Positions 9,753 through 19,164 of a stretch of DNA of 64,000 nt are shown here, piece by piece. The stretch covers positions 4,095 through 68,094 of the forward strand of contig JAUSNP010000006.1 in assembly GCA_030645735.1 (NCBI GenBank), given 5' to 3'. This stretch comes from Candidatus Moraniibacteriota bacterium (GTDB lineage Bacteria; Patescibacteriota; Minisyncoccia; Moranbacterales; UBA2206). Position 1 is the stretch's first letter. Each line of letters starts with the position of its first letter. Below the pieces are notes generated by a model. It made no database searches. It was not told the origin of the DNA and saw only the letters and a list, made by a program, of their open reading frames with translations. The translations under genes and the position numbers were made by a program.

Positions 9753-9917
9753 TCAACTGATGCCAGGTGGGAATGGTTCTCTGTTGAGATCAGACGGACT
9801 AGTCGGGCCCCCATTGGCCTGCATGACCAAATCGAAAGCCAATTTTGAAGCTGCGGGATCAAGAGCGATACCTTCTTCTTCAACAGCGTCAGTGGGTGGT
9901 TGTTTCGTCTCAGTCAT
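9753..9917 (-). CDS. Small hypothetical protein (54 aa), GC-rich
   Basis: AAGGAG SD 6 nt upstream of ATG (MTETKQPP...); hairpin plus T-run terminator on minus strand at ~9690-9725. Confidence 0.3.
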   Translation of the reverse strand: MTETKQPPTDAVEEEGIALDPAASKLAFDLVMQANGGPTSPSDLNREPFPPGIS

Positions 9918-10144
9918 TGCAGGTCTCCTTGGGTAAAAGAAATGTAGCCACATTCGCCTTTGACTGAGGTTATTATGTGACACGAGAATAATTTTGTCAA
10001 AGGCAATTGATTTGCAAATTCCCCTCAAAATTGCTACGATAAAATACTTTACAAGTTAAAGTAGTTTTTGGTTTTTTGACAACAGAAGAGTGTCTCAAAA
10101 TTTTGAGATGAAATATAAATCCTAGGCATACAAAGGAGGCGGTC

Positions 10145-10591
10145 ATGTTCAAGAAAGTCGCAGTTATTTCGGTGGTGGTGCTCTTAGCTGCATCACATGT
10201 TTCCGGCATGCTTTGGGAAGTTGGCCAGATATTGGCTTCGATGTTGGAGGGGTTATCACCTTATGTTATCTCTCTGGTGATCGCCATTGCGGGTCTCAGT
10301 TGGGTTATTTTCCTCAGGACGCTAGAGGGCGTTGCAGGGAGTGCGCAGATGGAGTCTAATTCAGAAGGAGTAGAGTTGCAAAAAGGTTTATGTGGCCTTG
10401 TGGAAACCAATCAATGTATTGTGGGCTACAATGATCTTATCTCCCAGAAGGATATTATTGCAGAGGGAGACGAGTATCGTGAGAATGGCTCATGGTATAA
10501 AATTACCACGGGCAATCGCCTCATAGGGATGACTTACGGTGGTCTCATAAAAATGCGACGGCCAATAAGGGATTGCGGGGACTGTATGTAG
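10145..10591 (+). CDS. Secreted/membrane-anchored hypothetical protein with Cys-rich C-terminus
   Basis: AAAGGAGG SD; N-terminal hydrophobic signal/TM; second TM. Confidence 0.4.
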   Translation: MFKKVAVISVVVLLAASHVSGMLWEVGQILASMLEGLSPYVISLVIAIAGLSWVIFLRTLEGVAGSAQMESNSEGVELQKGLCGLVETNQCIVGYNDLISQKDIIAEGDEYRENGSWYKITTGNRLIGMTYGGLIKMRRPIRDCGDCM

Positions 10592-10763
10592 GCAATACAA
10601 TATCTCGCTTTGATTGTTCAAGCGGGCGGAACTCCATTGGAGGCCCGCTCGTTTTTATTTGACAAAAACCAATTTTGGGTGTATAAATAGTGGTCACCAA
10701 TTGGTGGGCAACTTAACAACTGAAACCCGATTTAGGGCAAAAACCAACAAGGAGAAAGCTACA

Positions 10764-11588
10764 ATGCTTCAAGAAGTGCGAGATCTTTTGAGAAAGGCTA
10801 AATACGGTGGAATACTGGTAAGATTTATCAGCGGTATTTTTAAACCAGATTCTGACTATCGATATAACAAAGTCAGGGCGGCAGTCAAGTATTTGAGTAC
10901 TTTTGAGGAGAAAGATGCCGAGTACTCAAGAGCTGTTGCCCTCATCTTGATTCGTCGTTCACGAGTTAAAGATCACGAGATCATTATTGCGGCGCTACTC
11001 CATCGAGTCATGAAGAATGCATCTACACAAGCCATCCAATCATTAGAAGATGAGTTCGGATATCGGACGGCTAGGCTAGTTAAGTGTTTTTCGACTGGCA
11101 AGCACAAAAATTTTCTGTGCGAGTTTCTCATGATCAAAATAGCAGGCTACGTGTATGAGCTGATGACAGCCAAAACACGAAATCCGCAATTAGTTAAGAA
11201 AGCTAGGAAACTCATTTTCCTTGCAGAAAAGCATCGTATCCTCATTCATGAGTTGGAGGCTGCCATTGATAGCTGTGGGAGGGGTATTCCTGTACATCCG
11301 CCCAAGAAGACAACTGTCTTGAGGGGCAAGGGTGTTGAGATGAGGGTTGACACCAGTAGGGCGATTTCTAAAATCAGAATTGTCGACGGTCAATCCTTAC
11401 TATTAACAAATGCTTTTAACGGTCAGCCAGTCAATGTTGCGATTGCACGTGATCATGAGATCGAGCGCATTGACAATCCGCAGGGTAGCGAAGAACCTTG
11501 GTTGGTAATCTCTGGAACTCAAATAGGCAATACGGAGAGCTCCTTTCGTAAAAAATGCCTAGAGCAAGGCATTGAGATGTTGGGGTGA
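10764..11588 (+). CDS. Hypothetical protein with degenerate HD-domain-like segment
   Basis: AAGGAGA SD before ATG 10764; segment EIIIAALLHRVMKNAS...FGYRTARLVK resembles RelA/SpoT-type HD motif but with H-R instead of H-D; terminator downstream. Confidence 0.4.
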   Translation: MLQEVRDLLRKAKYGGILVRFISGIFKPDSDYRYNKVRAAVKYLSTFEEKDAEYSRAVALILIRRSRVKDHEIIIAALLHRVMKNASTQAIQSLEDEFGYRTARLVKCFSTGKHKNFLCEFLMIKIAGYVYELMTAKTRNPQLVKKARKLIFLAEKHRILIHELEAAIDSCGRGIPVHPPKKTTVLRGKGVEMRVDTSRAISKIRIVDGQSLLLTNAFNGQPVNVAIARDHEIERIDNPQGSEEPWLVISGTQIGNTESSFRKKCLEQGIEMLG

Positions 11589-11609
11589 AGCTACCTCAAT
11601 ATCAAAAAA

Positions 11610-11652
11610 GGCCGGGACGCAGAAAATGCGCGTTCCGGCCTTTTGTTTTTGT
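11610..11652 (+). terminator. Rho-independent terminator
   Basis: ggccgggacgc...gcgttccggcc hairpin followed by TTTTGTTTTTG. Confidence 0.65.
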
Positions 11653-11753
11653 TTGACAAATGCGCCAAATTTGAATATCATGTTATCTGGTAATGGATAG
11701 TTTTTTCAAAAAAAATGCCCAAAATGGGCTAAAATTTAGGGGAGGAACTGAGT

Positions 11754-12443
11754 ATGAGTTTGAATGAACTGGTGGTTCCGCATGGTACTTTTCAGTTAAG
11801 TGATTCAGAAAAAGACTTCCTAGCAAGGGAGTCTCAGTGTAAGTTTCAAAAACACCCAATCATTGATGGGGTGCAAGTTCGTCAGCTTAACCCGAAGTTG
11901 AGCCCACGAGGGATTCAAAGGGTGTTGAGTGACGTAGGTGGCGTTCCAAGACAATTTTTTATTGTGAAAGCTGTCAGAGGAATCCCATTTCATCCGCACA
12001 CTGAAGAAGCTGAACTTTGTTTCGGCGGAAGTGGTGGCGTGGCTGTTTTTGTTAACGACCAAAAAGAAGAGATTGGTAGGTTTGAATTGCAGCCAGATTT
12101 CTATTCGATTGTCAAAAGTGGCAATTGGCATGGAACTGCGGCCAGTCAAGAAGTTGTTTTTTGCGGGATTAAATTCATTGAGAATCTCTGGTGCATTTGC
12201 CAAATTGAGAGAGCGCCTGCATTTTTTGGCAAAATCGAAGAGTTTGTGGGTCCCCTTGTTCGTATTCGGGTTGGAAGTAAAAAGAATGACTTAGCTCTTT
12301 GTAGTTGGAGTCAAGTCAGACGCTTTGTTACTGCTGAGGATATGTTGGAAAAATTTTCCAGACTTCCCGGCAACAACTTCAGGCAAACCGAGAAATATTT
12401 TTTGGAGCGGTTCCCATTGGAAAATGAGAGTCTTTCAAAATGA
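11754..12443 (+). CDS. Hypothetical protein (possible cupin-like fold)
   Basis: GGGGAGG SD; 229 aa; no secure motif. Confidence 0.4.
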   Translation: MSLNELVVPHGTFQLSDSEKDFLARESQCKFQKHPIIDGVQVRQLNPKLSPRGIQRVLSDVGGVPRQFFIVKAVRGIPFHPHTEEAELCFGGSGGVAVFVNDQKEEIGRFELQPDFYSIVKSGNWHGTAASQEVVFCGIKFIENLWCICQIERAPAFFGKIEEFVGPLVRIRVGSKKNDLALCSWSQVRRFVTAEDMLEKFSRLPGNNFRQTEKYFLERFPLENESLSK

Positions 12444-12463
12444 AAATTCAGCGCAAGGAGAAT

Positions 12464-12503
12464 AGGCCGGAACACAAACTGTGTGCCGGCCTATTATTTT
12501 TTT
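12464..12503 (+). terminator. Rho-independent terminator
   Basis: taggccggaacac...gtgtgccggccta hairpin then T-run. Confidence 0.65.
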
Positions 12504-12688
12504 ATATTCAAAAAGTTTTTTTATTCCAGCGTCATTTGGTAGGCGGTGTCAGTGTTTTTTGCAAGCCTCTAATACCTTTTTGTTTGAATGGTTTTTTTAA
12601 TGTATAATAACTTTGTTAATATTTTTTTAATCCAGCGAGAATATCCCTGTCTGTAAGGGTATGGGAATCTATAAATATTTTATAATTT

Positions 12689-13306
12689 ATGAAAATTACA
12701 TCTTCAAGTAAGCAAGAAATAATTTCTTTGCCCGTACCAATTTATTCATCAATAAAAATAGCCGATGCCATTGATAAGGACGGAATAGAATATGCAATGT
12801 TTGTTGGGATTGATGAGAAATATGTGCAGCAACTAAAAGAGTTATCTTTGGACAAAAGTGACACTGCAATCCAAAACAATACGGGCGACAGAAGGCGCTT
12901 TGGCGAGGGCTCATATGAAGAATGGTATAAAAAAAATCGCACACCATTTGTGCTAATTGACAAACAGAAGGATGTGTTAGCAGCAATTATTTGGTTTGGG
13001 CCAAAATCTTTGGGAAAAAAATCATTAAAATTCGGTGAGGAATCAAAAGATGTGATTCAAAATGAGTGGCATACAGTTGTTTGGCGTTGCTATCCAATGT
13101 ATAGGGGTAGAGGTCTTATGAAAGCATTTTCTCAGTATGTTATGGGTGTGTATAAGGAACAGTTTTTAGAAAATATAAAATTTTGGGCCGGAATGGACAA
13201 TAGAAATGATGCAATGGTCAGTTTAAGTTTAAAGCTTGGCTTTAAAGCAGATATGGAAAATTCTGACTTGAAATCAAATTGGTTAGTTGTGGTAAAAGAT
13301 GCATAG
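12689..13306 (+). CDS. Putative GNAT-family acetyltransferase
   Basis: VVWRCYPMYRGRGLMKAFSQYV resembles GNAT motif A (R-x-x-G-x-G); tentative. Confidence 0.4.
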   Translation: MKITSSSKQEIISLPVPIYSSIKIADAIDKDGIEYAMFVGIDEKYVQQLKELSLDKSDTAIQNNTGDRRRFGEGSYEEWYKKNRTPFVLIDKQKDVLAAIIWFGPKSLGKKSLKFGEESKDVIQNEWHTVVWRCYPMYRGRGLMKAFSQYVMGVYKEQFLENIKFWAGMDNRNDAMVSLSLKLGFKADMENSDLKSNWLVVVKDA

Positions 13307-13397
13307 TCTAAGTTATTATAGAGAATAAGACATTTGATTTGATATAAATTGATAATAATTCCTTAATATACTTTTCATATTTATTTTTAAAATAAAT

Positions 13398-14483
13398 ATG
13401 AAAAGTTGGCGTCGGATGAAAATAAAAATTTTGAAGTATACCTTGATTGCGCTGTCGTTGATTGTGGCATTGTTGGCGTGGCAATCAGTTGATCGGGCGA
13501 TCAATGTGGTTGGGTCTAGCGTATGGGGCATGCCAATTCTTTTTTTCTCTTCGCTTTTTGTATTATTATATCTGAGCATTGTGCTCATTCGTCGAATGAT
13601 TATTTTGCAGTCGATGTTGCTGGCAATTTTTGCGACGAGCCTTCCGTTTGCTTTTAGCTTGGGTCACTCGATTGTGATGATTTTGGCTTTTTTGTTTTCA
13701 CTCTGGTCGGTTGCAAAAATCAAGAGAGATTTGCATTTGAACGTGAAAGTGAGTCTGTGGAAATCAATCCGCACTGGCAGTGCTTTGATGTTGCTGGCAT
13801 TTTCTTTGATGATTACCAGTCAATATTATACTGAAATAAAAAACATGAGCTCGGCCAGAATCATGCCACAATTCAATGTGGGTGAAATGACGGGTGGGCT
13901 CACTTCAAAACTGTTGTCCGCTATGAACCCAGATTTCAAAAATTTGGATCAAGAGGGCTTGACGATTGATCAGTTTATTTTGCAAATTCAAAAAAATCAA
14001 GACGCGGATTCGACTAATGATATAAATAGCCAAATCGATCAAATGATTGAAGATTCCAATCCAAATTTAACTTTGGCTCAGAAGAAAGCTTTGCGTGAGG
14101 ATGCGTTGAAAAAAATGAATGGCGCCAGCGCTGGCATAAAAAATGGACAAGACCAATTGATCATTCAAGAAGGTAGAAAGAAGTTTTCAGAAATTGCGGG
14201 CGTGCAATTGACTGGCAATGAAAAAGTTTCGGATGTGCTTTCAGATATTGTGAATCGCCGAATCAATCAATACCTCGGCTCAGGTTTGGCTGGTTCACAA
14301 CAATCTTCACCTTTGCCGTTTATTATGGCTATTGGTCTTTTTCTGACAATTGTGCCACTCGGGTCACTGCTTAGCACGCTCTGGTTGATTGTGATCGAGG
14401 GTATTATCTGGATTTTTATCAAAACCGAATTGATAACTATCGCCAAAGTTTCAGTGGAAATGGAGATTATTGAGCAGGAATAA
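13398..14483 (+). CDS. Integral membrane hypothetical protein
   Basis: 361 aa with several hydrophobic TM segments at both termini. Confidence 0.45.
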   Translation: MKSWRRMKIKILKYTLIALSLIVALLAWQSVDRAINVVGSSVWGMPILFFSSLFVLLYLSIVLIRRMIILQSMLLAIFATSLPFAFSLGHSIVMILAFLFSLWSVAKIKRDLHLNVKVSLWKSIRTGSALMLLAFSLMITSQYYTEIKNMSSARIMPQFNVGEMTGGLTSKLLSAMNPDFKNLDQEGLTIDQFILQIQKNQDADSTNDINSQIDQMIEDSNPNLTLAQKKALREDALKKMNGASAGIKNGQDQLIIQEGRKKFSEIAGVQLTGNEKVSDVLSDIVNRRINQYLGSGLAGSQQSSPLPFIMAIGLFLTIVPLGSLLSTLWLIVIEGIIWIFIKTELITIAKVSVEMEIIEQE

Positions 14484-14501
14484 CCACTAATTGTGGTAAA
14501 T

Positions 14502-14528
14502 TAGCACTCACACTCTGGGATTGCTAAT
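14502..14528 (+). promoter_or_regulatory. CIRCE operator (HrcA binding site) upstream of dnaJ
   Basis: TTAGCACTC-acactctgg-GATTGCTAA vs consensus TTAGCACTC-N9-GAGTGCTAA (2 mismatches in right arm). Confidence 0.6.
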
Positions 14529-14550
14529 TTTTTAATTTGGGTGTATAATG
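14522..14550 (+). promoter_or_regulatory. Sigma70-like promoter TTGCTA-N17-TATAAT overlapping CIRCE right arm
   Basis: TTGCTA 14522-14527, TATAAT 14545-14550. Confidence 0.45.
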
Positions 14551-14577
14551 GGTATAATACAAATCTACGAATACCTG

Positions 14578-14637
14578 CATGCAAATCTACAAATATGCAA
14601 ATATAAGCTCAGATTCGCGTATTTGTAGATTTGCATA
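14578..14637 (+). promoter_or_regulatory. Perfect 17-bp inverted repeat ATGCAAATCTACAAATA / TATTTGTAGATTTGCAT separated by ~25 nt (coordinates +/-2)
   Basis: Seen directly between the promoter and dnaJ ATG; partial third copy caaatctacgaata just upstream. Confidence 0.4.
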
Positions 14638-14674
14638 AAATTCGCATCATTCGTATTATATAATATTAAAATTT

Positions 14675-15793
14675 ATGGCAGCAAATTATTATGATCTTCT
14701 GGGGGTTTCCAAAGGCGCCTCAGATGATGAAATCAAGAAAGCCTATCGCAAAATGGCTCACAAATATCATCCGGACAAGTCTGGCGGTGATGAGGCAAAA
14801 TTCAAGGAAATAAACCAGGCCTATCAGGTACTTTCGGACAAATCCAAGCGTCAGCAATATGACCAGTTCGGACAGACTTTTGAGGGTGGCAGTGGACAGC
14901 AGGGTGGATATGGCGGACAGGGCGGAGCGCAAGGCTTTGGCGGTTTTGATTTTTCTGGCTTTGATTTTGGTGGACAAAATGGAGGATTTGAATTTGGCAA
15001 TGAAGGCTATGAAGATATTTTCGCCAACATTTTTGGCGGTTCATCACGAGGTGGCCGACGACGCGCGCAAGGCGCTGACATCCAAGTGGACATGGAAATC
15101 ACTTTTGCGGAAATGGTTTCTGGCGTGGAAAAAGAAGTGCGATTGTATAAAAAAGTTGTCTGTGATCATTGCGATGGCGAAGGAGCTGAACCGGGGTCGG
15201 GCATGAAAACTTGTCCAACTTGCAAAGGCCAAGGCCGCGTGCAAACATTGCGCAAAAGTTTGTTTGGCAGTTTCTCACAAGTGACGGAATGTCCGGAGTG
15301 TCATGGCAATGGAAAAATTTTTGAAAAGAAATGCTCCAAGTGCGGTGGAGATGGACGTGTCAAAGAAGAGGAAGTGATCAAGATAAAAGTTCCAGCTGGT
15401 ATCGCTGATGGTCAAGCAATTTCCATGAGTGGCTTTGGCGAAGCTGGTGAACGAGGATCACGCGCTGGAGATTTGTTGGTGCAAATTCATATTTTGGCGC
15501 ACAAGAAATTCAAGCGCAAAGGCAACGACATTTTGAGCACAGAATTTGTGCCGTTTTCTATTGCAACCCTGGGAGGAAAAATTGAAATCGAAACTATTTC
15601 TGGCAGTTTGATTTTGAAAATTCCAGCCGGCACACCATCGGGTGAAGTTTTCCGCATTCGCGAAGAAGGCGTGCCAGATCTCAATGGTCGTGGCACAGGC
15701 AATCACTTGGTGACCGTGGTGGTCAAAGTGCCTAAAAGTCTTAGTCGTGAGCAGAAAAAATTGTTGGAGCAATTGGGGGATCAGGGGATTTAA
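14675..15793 (+). CDS. dnaJ: Chaperone DnaJ (Hsp40)
   Basis: J-domain YYDLLGV...HPDK, G/F-rich linker, four CxxCxGxG zinc-finger repeats, C-terminal domains. Confidence 0.95.
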   Translation: MAANYYDLLGVSKGASDDEIKKAYRKMAHKYHPDKSGGDEAKFKEINQAYQVLSDKSKRQQYDQFGQTFEGGSGQQGGYGGQGGAQGFGGFDFSGFDFGGQNGGFEFGNEGYEDIFANIFGGSSRGGRRRAQGADIQVDMEITFAEMVSGVEKEVRLYKKVVCDHCDGEGAEPGSGMKTCPTCKGQGRVQTLRKSLFGSFSQVTECPECHGNGKIFEKKCSKCGGDGRVKEEEVIKIKVPAGIADGQAISMSGFGEAGERGSRAGDLLVQIHILAHKKFKRKGNDILSTEFVPFSIATLGGKIEIETISGSLILKIPAGTPSGEVFRIREEGVPDLNGRGTGNHLVTVVVKVPKSLSREQKKLLEQLGDQGI

Positions 15794-15860
15794 AAAATAT
15801 TCAATTTTTTTAGTGATTGTTGGTATAATAAAATTATAACTATGAAATCACAATAAATAT

Positions 15861-16508
15861 ATGGATAACAAATATGACGCAATTATCGTTTTAGGCGGAG
15901 GGCGCACTAATGATGGAGAACTTACGACACTTTCAAAACAAAGACTTGATGCCGGATGCAAACTCTATCATGAAGGAGCGGCGCCAAAAATATTTGCACT
16001 AGGCGGAGCTTTTAGCACTTATAGTCCAGATGCCATACAATTTACACAAACTGGAGCTGAACAGAAAAGCGCTTACATGATAGAAAGAGGTGTAGATTCC
16101 GAAGATATTATAAAAGTTGTGGGTGGGCGTGACACAATCGGCGAAGCTTTTGTATCAAGAGACACAGCCAAAGAATTAAATTTCAAAAAATTGTTGTTGG
16201 TTACTTCTGATAAGCACATGGAAAGAGCTATGTTTATTTTTAATAGAATTTTTGGATCAGCGTATGTAATTGAAAGTGAAGAAGTGCCTTGCGGAGAAAT
16301 ACTCAACGCTGAGGAAGAAAAAGAATATTTACAAGTCACCAAAGAACTATTCGACACTTTGCCAGAGGAAATTCCGACACCTGAAAGTTGGGATGTTTGG
16401 AAAGAAACCAATCATCAGCTATATGATGAAATCAAAAGAATTCATGCTAATTATGTGGGGAGCGGGCCTGAAACAAATGAGGCTTATATGGGAGTAAAAG
16501 CAAAATAG
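15861..16508 (+). CDS. DUF218 (YdcF/ElyC/SanA-like) domain protein
   Basis: IIVLGGG...LVTSDKHMERAMFIF pattern of DUF218. Confidence 0.55.
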   Translation: MDNKYDAIIVLGGGRTNDGELTTLSKQRLDAGCKLYHEGAAPKIFALGGAFSTYSPDAIQFTQTGAEQKSAYMIERGVDSEDIIKVVGGRDTIGEAFVSRDTAKELNFKKLLLVTSDKHMERAMFIFNRIFGSAYVIESEEVPCGEILNAEEEKEYLQVTKELFDTLPEEIPTPESWDVWKETNHQLYDEIKRIHANYVGSGPETNEAYMGVKAK

Positions 16509-16529
16509 CTTATGCATCACTTATTAAAA

Positions 16530-16566
16530 GCGTTTAGGGCAAAACCTAGGCGCTTTTGTTTTTTGC
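16530..16566 (+). terminator. Putative rho-independent terminator
   Basis: agcgtttagg...cctaggcgct stem then TTTTGTTTTTT. Confidence 0.45.
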
Positions 16567-16612
16567 TAAAGGGGGTTATAATTTAAGCATAAATAAAAAA
16601 TAGAATTTCAAA

Positions 16613-17113
16613 ATGGATCTTGGATCTTTATTGGGTAAACTTGGTGTTTCACAGGCGCTGACGCAAGACATTTCACTCTTGATGGTCATTGCGCTTTTGA
16701 GTTTTGTATTTGGAATGTTTATCGGTCGCTACAAACTCATCACGATTCTCATCAACATTTATGTGGCTTTTGCTATCACGATGGTAGTGCCGGAAAGATT
16801 TTTCACGGATTATCTGTACAAGCTGATTTTCTTTTTAGCTGGTGTGATTATCTTGACTTTGATTAGCAAGCGCCTGTTTGAAATCTATATTTCCGGTTCC
16901 GGTTCTGGCTTTCTGTGGCGAGTTTTCGTGATGAGTTTTCTGGAGATTGTTTTTCTGATCAGCATCATTGTTTCAATTGTGCCCAAGAAAATGGTGTTGA
17001 CCTACATTTCACCAACTGCTTTTGAATATCTAGCCTCAGACAACGCCCGCTTGGCTTGGATGATTATCCCCTTGGCCTTCATGTTTTTTATCCACAAGCG
17101 ACTCAATCGATAG
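16613..17113 (+). CDS. Small integral membrane protein (possibly CvpA-like)
   Basis: 166 aa, 4 predicted TM helices. Confidence 0.4.
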   Translation: MDLGSLLGKLGVSQALTQDISLLMVIALLSFVFGMFIGRYKLITILINIYVAFAITMVVPERFFTDYLYKLIFFLAGVIILTLISKRLFEIYISGSGSGFLWRVFVMSFLEIVFLISIIVSIVPKKMVLTYISPTAFEYLASDNARLAWMIIPLAFMFFIHKRLNR

Positions 17114-17118
17114 AAACA

Positions 17119-17146
17119 TTGACGGTTTTTGATATGATGCTATAAT
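17119..17146 (+). promoter_or_regulatory. Sigma70-like promoter TTGACG-N16-TATAAT upstream of tRNA-Lys
   Basis: TTGACG 17119-17124, TATAAT 17141-17146. Confidence 0.45.
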
Positions 17147-17263
17147 AGCGAAAGGTTATTTAAATGATAATCTTGGTTATTTTTTGGCAAAAATTGCTGG
17201 ATAAGAATTAAAAAGTTTCAAAGGTAGGGAATTTATAAGGAGTCTCATTACAAACTAAATAAT

Positions 17264-17326
17264 TGTCCATAGTTGAGTCGGTAGATCCGCCAGCTGGCGG
17301 ACTTTTAATCAAACGGTCAGTAGGTT
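17264..17326 (+). pseudogene. Degenerate tRNA-Lys-like fragment (shares 5' half and variable-loop segments with adjacent tRNA-Lys; anticodon arm replaced by GC palindrome tccgccagctggcgga)
   Basis: ccatagttgagtcggtaga and cttttaatcaaacggtc align to ccatagctcagtcggtaga and cttttaagcaaacggtc of the intact tRNA 20 bp downstream; no acceptor/D-stem pairing. Confidence 0.45.
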
Positions 17327-18841
17327 AAAAATAAAATATAATATGCGCCCATAGCTCAGTCGGTAGAGCAGTTGCCTTTTAAGCAAACGGTCCCAAGTTC
17401 GAGTCTTGGTGGGCGCACCTTGATCACTTTTTCTGAATTCTGACAGTTCTTTGAACGGAGATTTCAGCTCTATTACCACGTTTTTCCCATTTATTTTGCA
17501 GTTCGAGCTTATCTTTTTGATGAATTCTCTCTTTTCATCATTAGTTCCCTTTATGTAGCTTAAATAAAGGGATTTTAGGAGTTCGAGTTTTTCGGTAAGT
17601 CTGCGACCGATTGAGTCTTCCTGACCGTTATTGTTAGTCATTTCCTCCTCGATTGATTTCATTTCTCGAAGAATAGATTCCTTCCGATCTTGATATGCTT
17701 CTTTTTCTATGACTTTATCGACGTAAGCATCGGTAAGTCGATCCAAACGAGATTTACATCTTTCTTGGCGAAATTGAATTTCTTGCTGATTCTTCTCCTG
17801 TGTTGTTTCGCGTGATTTTTTCATGCTGGTGACCAGCAAAGAAACCTGCTCAATTTCATCCGGACCCAATTGGAGCGGTCGGAGCAATCCGCGCACTTCC
17901 TGCTCGAAAACTTCTTCCCGGACGCAACTACCCTTGCAAAAGTGACAGCGATAATAGTTGTTTCCTTTTTGCTTTTCTCCGATATACGACCGATTACAAG
18001 ATTGACAGACAAACATCCGCCGAAACAGAAAATCATACCGCCCTGATCCTTTCTTTTTCTTACCACTAAGGATATCCTGGACACTGTCAAACAGGGACTT
18101 GCTGATTAGTGGCTCATGAATGCCGGTAAATATTTCCCCAGTCTTGTTGATTTTAATTATTCCGAAGTAAAACGGACTATGCAGAATCGTCGCAATTCCA
18201 CAACGGGTTAACGCCCCGCCATCCCTGTTCACACACCCCTTTTCAGACATATATGAAGCCAATTTGTCTAACGAATAATCGCCAGTAGCATAAAGTCTGA
18301 ATAATTCTCTGACCAGCGGAGCCTTGGCTGGATCAGGTATCTTGGGTTGGCCTGAGCCCTGATCAAGATATCCGATTGGCGCTCTCATAGGGTAAAGTCC
18401 TTGCTTGAGCCGTCCGTAAAATCCTTTTTTGGTCTCTTCCCTTAGATTGCGGATATAATCGGCGGCTATGACCGCTTGAATATCCGCAGAAAGCCTTCCT
18501 CCTCGCGCATGAAGATCCATATTGTCATGAGCGAAGCGTACATCGGTCCCAGCGTCCAATAATTCGCCCAGGGCAGCCCAATCCTTCAAATTCCGAGCAC
18601 TTCTATCTATCTTGTGAATTATTACTCCTGAGGCCTTTTTGAGGCGCAAATTTCTTAGCATTCGTGAAAAAACCGGACGACCATACTTGGCCGCCGTTTC
18701 ACGCTCTTCAAACCACTCGATTATTTGCAGCTGATTATTTCTGGCATACTGTTCAATGGCAGATTTTTGTTCCTGCAAAGACACGCCTTGCGTTCCCTGG
18801 CGGATAGTTGACACGCGGATATAGCCGTAAACTTGCTGCAT
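17309..18841 (-). CDS. Large serine recombinase (resolvase/invertase N-domain + recombinase domain + zinc ribbon + coiled coil); 3' end of ORF runs antisense through tRNA-Lys
   Basis: YGYIRVSTIRQ...catalytic serine region, SRMLRNL, IHKIDRSARN; later CQSC...RCHFCKGSC zinc ribbon; C-terminal 45 aa are translation of tRNA antisense. Confidence 0.8.
   Translation of the reverse strand: MQQVYGYIRVSTIRQGTQGVSLQEQKSAIEQYARNNQLQIIEWFEERETAAKYGRPVFSRMLRNLRLKKASGVIIHKIDRSARNLKDWAALGELLDAGTDVRFAHDNMDLHARGGRLSADIQAVIAADYIRNLREETKKGFYGRLKQGLYPMRAPIGYLDQGSGQPKIPDPAKAPLVRELFRLYATGDYSLDKLASYMSEKGCVNRDGGALTRCGIATILHSPFYFGIIKINKTGEIFTGIHEPLISKSLFDSVQDILSGKKKKGSGRYDFLFRRMFVCQSCNRSYIGEKQKGNNYYRCHFCKGSCVREEVFEQEVRGLLRPLQLGPDEIEQVSLLVTSMKKSRETTQEKNQQEIQFRQERCKSRLDRLTDAYVDKVIEKEAYQDRKESILREMKSIEEEMTNNNGQEDSIGRRLTEKLELLKSLYLSYIKGTNDEKREFIKKISSNCKINGKNVVIELKSPFKELSEFRKSDQGAPTKTRTWDRLLKRQLLYRLSYGRILYFIFNLLTV
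17345..17417 (+). tRNA. tRNA-Lys (anticodon UUU)
   Basis: gcgccca acceptor, gctcagtcggtagagc D-arm, anticodon loop cuUUUaa, T-arm ccaag-ttcgagt-cttgg, acceptor tgggcgc, discriminator A; CCA not fully encoded. Confidence 0.85.
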
Positions 18842-18892
18842 ATATTTAGGTCAATATCTAATTACCACCCTTCCCTACAGTTTAGAAACTGA

Positions 18893-19078
18893 TCATTCAT
18901 CTGTCAAACCACCTTTTCTATACATCTTTTCATCTTTTTCATAAATATCAAAACACAGTCGGATATATTCTCTAAATAATTCTTCGGCTTCATTCAGTTC
19001 TTCATCATTAAGATGTGGACACCGTTCACGAATAAACGGAATCTCTTTAGTAAAATCAATTTTGTCATATTTGCCCAT
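18893..19078 (-). CDS. Small hypothetical protein
   Basis: 61-aa ORF between recombinase and next gene. Confidence 0.3.
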   Translation of the reverse strand: MGKYDKIDFTKEIPFIRERCPHLNDEELNEAEELFREYIRLCFDIYEKDEKMYRKGGLTDE

Positions 19079-19164
19079 ATAACAAATTTACATATAAACA
19101 GAAAAACGCAATAGGCTACGCAAATCAGACAACAAGCACATATCACTATCTATAACCAAAGTCG

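Noticed and set aside
17264-17326. Second functional tRNA upstream of tRNA-Lys
   Set aside because: No acceptor or D-stem complementarity; anticodon arm replaced by GC palindrome
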